From NCBI GenBank assembly GCA_031414775.1, contig JANOQI010000016.1, positions 64,001 to 128,000 of the forward strand: 64,000 bases of DNA, in the 5' to 3' direction. Of this stretch, positions 9,369 through 18,700 are shown one piece after another. A program made the position numbers and the translations under genes. The stretch comes from Synechococcales cyanobacterium VAR_4_metabat_354. Its GTDB lineage: Bacteria; Cyanobacteriota; Cyanobacteriia; Cyanobacteriales; Chamaesiphonaceae. Position 1 is the first letter of the stretch. Each line of letters begins with the position of its first letter. Under the pieces are notes generated by a model that was not told where the DNA came from, ran no database searches, and saw nothing but the letters and a program-made list of their open reading frames with translations.

Positions 9369-10885
9369 ACGAGCCAATTGTCACTATCGCCCAGATGAGA
9401 TCGATCGAACACCGCATTTTTACAGCGGGGATGCCAGTAGCCGCCCTGATGGAAAAAGTCGGCGGTTTAATTAGTCGGCGCTTTCAGCAGCTATTTCCAT
9501 TAACTAGTTATCAGCGAGTAGGTGTAGTATTTGGGGCTGGCCATAATGGTGGCGATGCCTTAGTGGTAGCTAGAGAGCTACATTTGCGCGGCTACCAAGT
9601 GATGCTCTACAGTCCTAGTGATAGCTTCAAGGATTTAACTACTCAGCATTACCAATACGTCACGAGTCTGGGCATCGCTAGAATTAAGCACATCTGTGAG
9701 CTGCAAAATTGCCAGGTGCTGCTGGATGGTATCTTTGGCTTTGGTCTCGATCGATCACTGAGTGCAAACATAGTCGCAGCAATTACCGCAATCAACAAAC
9801 TGCAACTACCGACCGTCAGTATTGACCTCCCATCAGGGATGCAGGCCGATACGGGGGCGGTGCTGGGAGCAGCGATCTGTGCCAGCCACACTTTTTGTCT
9901 GGGTTTGTGGAAAATGGCCTTTGCCCAAGAACCAGCGCTGGCCTACCTCGGCCAGGTCGAGTTACTGGGTTTTGATATCCCCCAGGCCGATATCCAGGCC
10001 GTGTGGGGTCAACAAAATACCCTCCAGATGATGACCAAAGCCACTGCCGATCGCTATCTGCCCCACCAGCGCCCCATCGTGACCCATAAATATCAGCAGG
10101 GGCATTTACTCTTGGTCGTTGGTTCCTGGCAATACGCGGGCGCTGCTATCTTGGCTGGTTTAGGAGCGAGGGCTAGCGGGGTCGGACTGCTCTCGATCGC
10201 TGTTCCTAATTCTCTAAAACTAGCAGTGCTAAACCATTTACCAGATGCCATTGTCATCGGTTGCCCAGAGACAGACCAAGGGGCGATCGCCCAGCTGCCA
10301 GAGCTAAATTGGTCTAAATATACAGCAATTGCTGGCGGCTGTGGTTTAACAACAGAACCAGTAGAAACAGTTAAATTATTACTGACCAGAGATTTACCAT
10401 TACTGTTGGATGCCGACGCTTTAAATATTTTGGCAAAATTACCCATAGATAGCTGGAAGCACCGTTCAGCTCCTACTATCATCACACCACATGGTGGCGA
10501 GTGGCGACAACTGTTTCCTGATTTGACTGATCATGAGCAGATCGATCAAATAACAGCAGTCATATCAAAAGCCGCTCAAAACAAAATAATCATCCTCAGC
10601 AAAGGTGCTAGAACGATTATCTCTGACGGTGAAGAAACTTGGGTTATCAATAATGGCACTCCAGCACTAGCTAGAGGTGGTAGTGGTGATATATTAGCTG
10701 GCCTGATTGGCGGCATAGTTGCCACCAATTATTTAAATACTGAGCCAGGATATCTCCTAAAAACAGTTGCCAGTGCCAACTGGTGGCACGCCCAAGCTGG
10801 CAGTCTTGCTGCTCGAAAACGAGGTGTAGCTGGAGTAGATGCTTTTCATCTACATCAGTATCTAGCCCAAGTGATAGTTGATTAA
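9365..10885 (+). CDS. nnr: bifunctional NAD(P)H-hydrate epimerase/dehydratase
   Basis: YjeF_N motifs (LMEK, GAGHNGGDA, DGIFGFG, DLPSG) plus carbohydrate-kinase motifs (DADAL, ITPHGGE, LARGGSGDILAG). Confidence 0.92.
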   Translation: MNEPIVTIAQMRSIEHRIFTAGMPVAALMEKVGGLISRRFQQLFPLTSYQRVGVVFGAGHNGGDALVVARELHLRGYQVMLYSPSDSFKDLTTQHYQYVTSLGIARIKHICELQNCQVLLDGIFGFGLDRSLSANIVAAITAINKLQLPTVSIDLPSGMQADTGAVLGAAICASHTFCLGLWKMAFAQEPALAYLGQVELLGFDIPQADIQAVWGQQNTLQMMTKATADRYLPHQRPIVTHKYQQGHLLLVVGSWQYAGAAILAGLGARASGVGLLSIAVPNSLKLAVLNHLPDAIVIGCPETDQGAIAQLPELNWSKYTAIAGGCGLTTEPVETVKLLLTRDLPLLLDADALNILAKLPIDSWKHRSAPTIITPHGGEWRQLFPDLTDHEQIDQITAVISKAAQNKIIILSKGARTIISDGEETWVINNGTPALARGGSGDILAGLIGGIVATNYLNTEPGYLLKTVASANWWHAQAGSLAARKRGVAGVDAFHLHQYLAQVIVD

Positions 10886-11166
10886 TTATCAGTGCGACCG
10901 GTTAATATTCCCCAAAGGAAAACTGCCACGATTGCACCAAGTACAGCAACGAACATACTACCAATATCAAAACTTTTACTAGCAACAAGATTTAACTTAC
11001 CATTGCTAATGAAGTTATGGGCAATACCACCAATAAAAGCACCAACAATACCAAGCATCGCTGTTGCAAAGAAACCACCACCCTGACGACCAGGTACGAT
11101 TAATTTAGCAATTGCACCAGCAATTACCCCAAATATTATCCAAGCAATAATAGTAATAGGATTCAT
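10882..11166 (-). CDS. GlsB/YeaQ/YmgE (transglycosylase-associated) membrane protein
   Basis: IIAWIIFGVIAGAIAKLIVPG...LGIVGAFIGG...VAVLGAI. Confidence 0.9.
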   Translation of the reverse strand: MNPITIIAWIIFGVIAGAIAKLIVPGRQGGGFFATAMLGIVGAFIGGIAHNFISNGKLNLVASKSFDIGSMFVAVLGAIVAVFLWGILTGRTDN

Positions 11167-11202
11167 GTTTACAACTCTACATATTTATAAATTAGAATGC
11201 AG

Positions 11203-11228
11203 TTTTACCATAGCAAACTATGGTAAAA
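11203..11228. promoter_or_regulatory. perfect inverted repeat in divergent promoter region (candidate operator)
   Basis: TTTTACCATAG-caaa-CTATGGTAAAA between divergently oriented genes. Confidence 0.4.
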
Positions 11229-11343
11229 AATGTGTATTTTATGTAAACAATTATCACGAAATTTGTTAACAATTGCGAGATATTGCTTATCTGGCAAGAC
11301 TTTTGGCTAACTACAAAATTTTTATAAACTAAAGATTATTATC

Positions 11344-12927
11344 ATGGCAATCTCGATCGACTTTGGCACTAGTAACACTGTAATTGCCCGTTGGAATACT
11401 GCCACCCAACAAGCCGAAACCATTAATTTACCCGGACTATCAATGGTAGATGCTCTCAATCCACCATTGATTCCCAGCCTAGTCTATGTCCATAACGCAA
11501 CCACTACAGATTTAACTATTGGTCAGGCGGTGCGCGATCGAGGCTTAGATGTTGCCAGCGATCTACGCTCTTTTGCCGGATTCAAACGAGGCATTGGAGC
11601 AGAAATTCAAGGATTTTTGCCGGAGTTAGATGGCTGTCAAATCACCTTTGAGCAAATCGGTGAATGGTTTCTAACCCAGATATTGCAGTCTATATCCCTG
11701 AGTAATAAATCCGCTGAATCGTTAGTAGTGACGGTGCCCGTCGATAGCTTTGATACCTACCGCAGTTGGTTAAACCGAGTTTGTGCCCAGCTAGAGATCG
11801 CCCAAGTATCACTATTAGATGAATCCACAGCGGCGGCGCTCGGCTACGGCTTAGATAGCGGCTTAATTTTAGTTTTAGATTGCGGCGGTGGAACGATCGA
11901 TCTATCTCTGGTGCAACTGGTCGCCAACCCTAGCCAAAAATTAGGTTTTTTAATTAAATTTGGCAATCAAGTTTTAGATAAATCTACCCAAAAAGCACAG
12001 CTAGCCAAAGTGTTAGCCAAGGCTGGCCAAAACCTGGGGGGCACCGATATTGATCGCTGGATTGCCGAATATCTAGCTGCCCAGCAAGGTTTACGGGTGA
12101 CATCCCTAATCATGCGGCTAGCCGAAAAACTCAAGATTCAGCTATCAGTAAGCACTACCGCCACCGAAGTATTTTTTGATGATCAAGCCTTTGAAACCTA
12201 CGAATTTCAACTCACCCGCGCGGAACTAGAACAAATCCTGACCGACAAAGGACTATTTTCTCAGTTAGACGACCTGCTGAAATCTATTAATCAGCAGATC
12301 GATCGACAAACTATTACTTTCAGCGCCATTGATGCGGTCTTACTAGTCGGCGGCACGGCTCAAATGCCTGCAATCCAATCCTGGATCAGTCAACATTTCG
12401 AGCCTAATAAAATCAAGCAATTCAAGCCCTTTGAAGCGATCGCTCATGGTGCTTTACAAATTACCCAGGGCTTAGAAGTCACCGATTTTCTGTACCATAG
12501 TTATGGCATTCGCTACTGGGATCGCCGTCAAAATCGTCACAACTGGCACCGGATTATTAATGCAGGTCAGCCGTACCCAATGAATAAACCATTAGAACTG
12601 ATGCTGGGGGCTTCCCAAGCTAGTCAACCCAGCATTGAACTAATTATTGGCGAACTGGGTACCGAAACCGGCGGCACCGAAATTTATTTTGATGGCGATC
12701 AATTAATTACCAAAAACTTAGCGGCTGGGGTGGCGGCGGTACGACCATTGAACGAAACAAATGAAGGTAAAAATATCGCTAAACTCGATCCGTCCGGCTT
12801 TCCGGGAAGCGATCGAATCAGGGTGAGATTTATGATCGATCGACAGCGCTGTTTACGTTTAACTGTCTATGATTTATTGACTAGCCAAAACCTCTTGGAG
12901 GATATGGTGGTGGCTGAACTCAGTTAG
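11344..12927 (+). CDS. Hsp70-family protein (atypical, DnaK-like ATPase domain)
   Basis: IDFGTSNT, LIPSLVY, DESTAAALGYG, DCGGGTIDLSL, LGGTDID, LVGGT. Confidence 0.88.
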   Translation: MAISIDFGTSNTVIARWNTATQQAETINLPGLSMVDALNPPLIPSLVYVHNATTTDLTIGQAVRDRGLDVASDLRSFAGFKRGIGAEIQGFLPELDGCQITFEQIGEWFLTQILQSISLSNKSAESLVVTVPVDSFDTYRSWLNRVCAQLEIAQVSLLDESTAAALGYGLDSGLILVLDCGGGTIDLSLVQLVANPSQKLGFLIKFGNQVLDKSTQKAQLAKVLAKAGQNLGGTDIDRWIAEYLAAQQGLRVTSLIMRLAEKLKIQLSVSTTATEVFFDDQAFETYEFQLTRAELEQILTDKGLFSQLDDLLKSINQQIDRQTITFSAIDAVLLVGGTAQMPAIQSWISQHFEPNKIKQFKPFEAIAHGALQITQGLEVTDFLYHSYGIRYWDRRQNRHNWHRIINAGQPYPMNKPLELMLGASQASQPSIELIIGELGTETGGTEIYFDGDQLITKNLAAGVAAVRPLNETNEGKNIAKLDPSGFPGSDRIRVRFMIDRQRCLRLTVYDLLTSQNLLEDMVVAELS

Positions 12928-12938
12928 ATTAGTAGTCC

Positions 12939-13017
12939 GTTTCATAGATATGGGGTAACTTCAATAATCATGTTGTGGTTGAATTCAATATAGCTGTGTT
13001 GCTCCAATCGATGAAAC
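12939..13017. repeat. imperfect ~20-bp inverted repeat pair (small MITE-like remnant or hairpin)
   Basis: GTTTCATAGATATGGGGTAAC (12939-12959) versus the reverse complement of GTTGCTCCAATCGATGAAAC (12998-13017). Confidence 0.45.
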
Positions 13018-13041
13018 TGTTTTTCAGTATGTATTTCAGAT

Positions 13042-13182
13042 TGTCAATGCTCCGCAGGAGTTAAAATGTCTGAAACCCCATAAGAGCAAAGATTCTAGGA
13101 TTTGGATAAATACTTTTGTTAGTCAATCAGATCATATCGTCTCTCATTCCTTGGCAAGCCAAAATTTGCTGGAGAACTGACA
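13042..13182. mobile_element. possible MITE / IS-end remnant
   Basis: Imperfect terminal inverted repeats TGTCAATGCTCC ... GGAGAACTGACA, no ORF, located between convergent genes. Confidence 0.35.
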
Positions 13183-13277
13183 TTGTCTCAACATAGTAGG
13201 CTAGAAGACTTTAACTAGACCTATAATAAATTTTCAACCCGGCAAAAAAGCTTCCGAGTTAAAAATAAGATTTTTTG

Positions 13278-14153
13278 TTATCGTCGCCGTGCAACGACAA
13301 ACCGATCGAACCCTGCCCAATCATTAATAATCCGGATATCTTGATATTGACCTTGCTGTTCCAACAGTTCCACCACCGCAACGCCCTGGCCAGCCATCAT
13401 TTCGATTAGCCACAACCCACCCACCACCAAAAAGTCAGGTGCGATGGTGACTAACTCCCGTATGGCTACTAATCCATCTTGGCCGCCATCCAAAGCCAGG
13501 TGTGGTTCATGCCTAGCCACTTCCGGTTGCAAACTTGCCACCAGCGCCGTAGGAATGTAGGGCGGATTGGAAACCATCCCCATCACCTGACCAGACAAGT
13601 GGTCTAATGGTTGCCACCAGCTTCCTTGGTATAGTTCAATGCGATCGATTAAGCCAGCATTAGTAATATTTGTCCGGGCGATAGTCAAAGCCGCATCACT
13701 ATAATCCACCGCATGAATAGTGGCTTGGGGCAACGCCGCCGCTAGCCCGATCGCGATCGCGCCACTGCCTGTTCCTAAATCTAGCCAATTACCACTCTGG
13801 CTGACAGAGGATGTATGTTCTAAAACAATATCAATAATTAATTCTGTCTCTGGGCGCGGAATCAGCACCGCTGGCGAGACTTGCAACTCCCAATCCCGCC
13901 AGGGAGCAATACCCACCAAATATTGAAGAGGCACCCGCTGCTCTAGATACTGTTGCCACAGATCCAAAATCTCTGCCCAAGGCTGGCTCAGTTGCACCGA
14001 CTGTCGATCGATCAATGTCCCCAACCGCAACGACAATTTATCTACATCAGTCAGGGCAGACAGCAGCCACTCGGCGGCGGCGACTTCCGCCCCCACGCCT
14101 TGATACCACTGCCAAACGGTGGCTCCATCAATCCGTGGCACTAATTGCGCCAC
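13278..14153 (-). CDS. prmC: peptide chain release factor N5-glutamine methyltransferase
   Basis: PLQYLVG, VLIPRPETE, DLGTGSGAIA, SNPPYIP, EPHLALDGGQDGL. Confidence 0.95.
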   Translation of the reverse strand: MAQLVPRIDGATVWQWYQGVGAEVAAAEWLLSALTDVDKLSLRLGTLIDRQSVQLSQPWAEILDLWQQYLEQRVPLQYLVGIAPWRDWELQVSPAVLIPRPETELIIDIVLEHTSSVSQSGNWLDLGTGSGAIAIGLAAALPQATIHAVDYSDAALTIARTNITNAGLIDRIELYQGSWWQPLDHLSGQVMGMVSNPPYIPTALVASLQPEVARHEPHLALDGGQDGLVAIRELVTIAPDFLVVGGLWLIEMMAGQGVAVVELLEQQGQYQDIRIINDWAGFDRFVVARRR

Positions 14154-14863
14154 TAACGAATGGTAGCTTTAGAGCCACGCAGCAGCTTCACAGCTTCTGT
14201 GGATGGCATGATTGTCACCTTTTCGTACAACGGATTGTTATTCGATCGTAAGGTATTCATAAATTTTTCTAGAGAAAGGACTTGAATACCCGTTGTGTCG
14301 GCCAAACTGGGATTATTTTTTTTGAAGGTCTCCAGGTATGGTTCCAGCTGCTCACGCTCAAAGAAAAGAGGAATGATCTGCTTCTTATTTTGATTAATGG
14401 TCAAATAGCCCGGTTGTTGACCAGCTAATCCCAAAAAGAGTGGTACCCCCTCAAATTTCTCTAGAGTCGTGTTATTTTTCTGATTTAAATTGCGGGCTAC
14501 GGTAACTTGAGACTGATTAGGAACAAACAATACATCAACTTTTTTACTCGCTTTCAATTTATACATTTCGCTCAAAGATACTGGCCGAATCTGCAACTGC
14601 TTGGCCAGCTCTGGTTTCCGCTGCTGCATCTTTTGCAAAGCAGCTTGGGCATCTTTTGAACTCAAGTAAGCATTGGTATAAGTTCCATTAGTAGCATCAC
14701 GATCCACTAACGGTGACCCGGTTTTATCAGTAAGAGTGAATACTGGCAGCTCTTGCAGCTTTTTCAGAATTTGAGCCGTGGGGATAGCTTGGGCGACACT
14801 TCCAGCCAAAACACTACTACTAACCAATCCAAACACTATCCCACCCATTAAAATTTGCTTCAT
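14153..14863 (-). CDS. Tic22 family periplasmic chaperone
   Basis: Signal peptide, PVFTLTDKTGSPLV, FEGVPLF, GYLTI, IPLFFEREQL. Located directly upstream of prmC. Confidence 0.88.
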   Translation of the reverse strand: MKQILMGGIVFGLVSSSVLAGSVAQAIPTAQILKKLQELPVFTLTDKTGSPLVDRDATNGTYTNAYLSSKDAQAALQKMQQRKPELAKQLQIRPVSLSEMYKLKASKKVDVLFVPNQSQVTVARNLNQKNNTTLEKFEGVPLFLGLAGQQPGYLTINQNKKQIIPLFFEREQLEPYLETFKKNNPSLADTTGIQVLSLEKFMNTLRSNNNPLYEKVTIMPSTEAVKLLRGSKATIR

Positions 14864-14905
14864 GGCAATGCACCTTAAAATTATGAAAAATTCCAACAAT
14901 TAAAA

Positions 14906-15328
14906 CTAGCTAGCTTTCCACTGCTGATAAGCATCATCCAACCTCGCTAGCAATGACCGGGCTGTCGATAAGCGATTGACAACGGGCGGTTGAGAACTTT
15001 GGAGGGGCAAGCTGTTTAACAGCCGAGCCTCATCGATCGCTACATCATTGTCGCTATATATAATTCCACCTAAAGCTTCTAATAACTGTTCATAATCTGC
15101 ATCATCTGGCTGACTCTTCAAGTAATCTTGCACCCACTGGTAGCATTGAGCCGCTGGAATCGCCGTCTGGCCTAAATCATTGATTAGCACACTAATCTCT
15201 GGATCGTTTGCCAAATTTTGGCTGTTAGCAATGCCGATCAGATGTTCGCGCTCAGCATCTTGCACTTGCCCATCCAGCCAAGCCACACCAATCAGAATTT
15301 TGAGGAGTTGTTGCGGAGAATTAGCCAT
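14906..15328 (-). CDS. TerB-like protein
   Basis: LIGVAWLDGQVQDAER...IIYSDNDVAIDEARLL (two TerB-type D-G...E motifs). Confidence 0.8.
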   Translation of the reverse strand: MANSPQQLLKILIGVAWLDGQVQDAEREHLIGIANSQNLANDPEISVLINDLGQTAIPAAQCYQWVQDYLKSQPDDADYEQLLEALGGIIYSDNDVAIDEARLLNSLPLQSSQPPVVNRLSTARSLLARLDDAYQQWKAS

Positions 15329-15557
15329 AGCCTCGTTGATTGAAATGCTTCACTTTTAACTTTCTCATAGCTTTGGCCATCAGCTGGTAAAACTTACAAT
15401 TACTTCTCAATCCACTAATTTTACTGCACAAGCAGTATATAAACTGATATGAATTTCCCATATTGACTTGTTGAAAAGAATATAGTGCCAGTCTGCGGAA
15501 TTTTGCTGATTCCATACCCCCAGATTTGGAGCCTCGGCCTTGATCACCACCAAAATC

Positions 15558-15571
15558 GTTACATTTGATAC
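15558..15571. promoter_or_regulatory. possible NtcA-type site
   Basis: GTTACATTTGATAC is one mismatch from GTA-N8-TAC. It lies in the divergent terB-like/dnaE intergenic region. Confidence 0.25.
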
Positions 15572-15655
15572 AAAATGACTCAGCAGATTCCCAGGGTGAT
15601 TCTAGTTTTCGGTGCTACTGTTTTAGATCCATGCGTACCCCCTTGTCACTTTTCT

Positions 15656-15669
15656 AGTGCGTGGGTACT
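15656..15669 (+). promoter_or_regulatory. candidate cyanobacterial LexA box upstream of dnaE
   Basis: AGTGCGTGGGTACT is one mismatch from RGTAC-NNN-DGTWCB, followed by a TAGAAT -10-like hexamer. Confidence 0.4.
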
Positions 15670-15705
15670 ATATAGAATACGTGTATCTATTTGACTAATT
15701 TCCCT

Positions 15706-18700
15706 ATGTCTTTTGTTGGTCTACACATCCATAGCGACTACAGCCTGCTCGATGGGGCTAGTCAATTACCAGAATTAGCCGATCGAGCAGTTGAGTTAGG
15801 GATGCCCGCGATCGCCCTCACCGATCACGGCGTAATGTATGGTGCGATCGAACTAATCAAGGTTTGTAAGGCGCGGCAAATCAAGCCGATTATTGGCAAC
15901 GAAATGTATGTGGTGGATGGCAATATTCATGAACAAAAGCGCCGCCAGAAATTTCATCAGGTGGTGCTGGCCAAAAATACCCAGGGTTATAAAAACCTGG
16001 TTAAATTAACCACCATCTCTCATTTGGAAGGATTCCAAGGACGGGGTATTTTTGCCCGTCCCTGCATCAATCGCGAGCTACTTAAGCAATATCGGGAAGG
16101 TCTGATCGTCACTAGTGCTTGCTTAGGTGGGGAGATTCCCCAAGCCATTATGGCGGGCAAATTGGAACATGCTCGCAAAGCAGCTCGCTGGTACCAAGAT
16201 GTTTTTGGTGAAGATTTTTACCTAGAAATTCAGGATCACGGCTCCCAGGAAGACCGGATTGTGAATGTGGAAATCGTACGGATTGCTGAGGAATTAGGCA
16301 TTAAAATCATTGCTACCAATGATTCCCACTTTATCTCCTGCGAGGATGTCGAAGCCCATGATGCCCTGTTGTGCATTCAAACTGGCAAACTGATCACGGA
16401 AGACAGCCGGATGCGTTACAGCGGTACTGAGTACCTCAAGTCGGCAGCAGAAATGGCGATGCTGTTCCAAGATCACCTACCCGCAGAAGTGATTAAAACG
16501 GCGATCGCCAATACCCTAGAAGTTGCCGATAAAATCGAGCCATACAACGTTTTGGGTGAACCCAGAATCCCCGACTTCCCCATTCCCCCCGGCCATACGC
16601 CCTCTACCTACGTGGAGGAAATCTCGCGCGAGGGTCTCAAAGATCTGCTGAAGGTGAATAACTATGACGACATCGATCCGGAGTATCAGGAACGGTTGGA
16701 CTACGAACTGAAAATGATCGAGCAGATGGGGTTTTCCACCTACTTTTTAGTGGTCTGGGACTATATCAAGTTTGCTCGTGATCAGGGCATTCCAGTAGGG
16801 CCAGGACGCGGCTCGGCGGCTGGTTCGCTGGTGGCTTACACCATGCGCATTACTAATATTGACCCAGTGCATCATGGCTTACTATTTGAGCGCTTTTTGA
16901 ATCCCGAACGGAAATCGATGCCGGATATTGATACCGACTTCTGCATCGAACGGCGGGATGAAGTGATTCAGTATGTGACCAAAAAATACGGCACTGAGCG
17001 GGTCGCCCAGATCATCACCTTTAACCGGATGACTTCTAAGGCGGTTCTGAAAGATGTGGCGCGGGTGCTGGACATCAACTACGGCGACTCCGATAAGATG
17101 ACCAAGTTCATCCCCACTGTACGCGGCAAGCCCACCAAACTGGCGGTGATGATTTCCGATAAAACCCCATCACCAGATTTCAAAGCAGCTTACGATAGCA
17201 ACCGGATTTTTGAAACCAAAACACCAGGAGCCGGAGTCTCCGCCCAACAATGGATTGACATGGCCATGCGGATTGAAGGCACCAACAAAACCTTTGGCGT
17301 TCACGCAGCGGGTGTAGTGATCTCCGCGCAGCCTTTAGATGAAATTGTACCCTTGCAGCGTAATAATGACGGCTCCGTAATCACCCAATACTACATGGAA
17401 GATTTGGATGCCTTGGGTCTCTTGAAAATGGACTTTTTAGGGCTGAGAAATCTGACGATTATTCAAAATGCCTTGGATTTAATCAAGCTTAATCAAGGCG
17501 ACGATATTCATCCCGACGAAATTACTTACGAAGAGCGTCGATCGATCTCAATTCTGCACAAAAATGGAACTAAAAGTAAAAAACGCCCACCCCAAGTCGA
17601 GCGCACCTATAAGGCGATCGAAGCCGGAGATTTAGAAGGCGTGTTCCAGCTGGAATCGTCGGGGATGCTGGATGTGGTATCTAAGTTGAAACCCTCTTGC
17701 ATTGAAGATTTATCTTCGATTTTGGCGCTCTATCGACCGGGGCCACTAGACGCTGGACTGATTCCCCACTTTATCGATCGTAAGCACGGTCGCGAAGCAA
17801 TTGTTTACGATCATCCATTACTAGAACCTATACTAGAGGAGACTTATGGTACTTTATGTTTACCGAAAGGAACATTGATCGATCGGCCAGATGGTGGTAG
17901 TACGCCGATTGAAAATATTCGATCAGGTGATTTGGTGTTGACCTCTGATGGTCGGCGGGTCTATCCAGCGACCGTAGCTAAACAATGGGCTAGTGGTCAG
18001 AAGCCGCTGCTCAAAATTGTGCTGTCTAGTGGAACTGTCCTGTATTCTAGTCCAGACCATCGATTTTTGACCGCAGAAGGAGATAAATGTGCCAAGGATT
18101 TAAAACCGGTCAAAAGCCTTAAGAATGCTCACTTTACTGGTGATGCAATTTATGAAAAATGGCCAGTTAGTCTAGATAAAAATTCACTACAAACTAATGA
18201 AGCATATTTATTAGGGTTATTAATTGGTGATGGTAATTTAGTGTCTTCTACCCCCAATATTGCCTGTAGAACCGAAGATTGTGCCCAATGGGTCAGTGCC
18301 CTAATGTCAAAAACATGGGGTGGCGAAGCCAAGCAGTATTTCCATACTCGTTGTTGGTATGCTTATGTAAAATTCAATACTCAGCCATACCCCACTCCTT
18401 TAACCAAGCTTCTGGATCGTATTTATACCGGCAGGAATTGGAAAGTTAAGTCGATTTTCAAGCATCTACCGTCGAATATTCTTAGCTATGTAGAGTCCGA
18501 TCGAATCGGTATTTTGAAAGGACTCTGGGATAGTGATGGCTGTTATAGCAAACGATTAGTCTATTTCCGTAGTGCCTCGCCGCAACTGTTGCGACAAGTT
18601 GGCCAACTCTTGGGCAGCTTAAAGATTCAACATCACATCGCTAAAAATTACCTGTGCATTACCGATTTAGGGAGATTTAAACAGTTTATTGGGGTGACCA

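Noticed and set aside
12939..13017. GTTTC... and ...ATGAAAC words resembling CRISPR repeat ends
   Set aside because: The two copies are inverted rather than direct, there is no spacer periodicity, and no cas genes are in the window.
15321..15515. 64-aa ORF upstream of the TerB-like gene
   Set aside because: No recognisable motif or RBS, and it overlaps the next start. It is probably promoter/UTR sequence.
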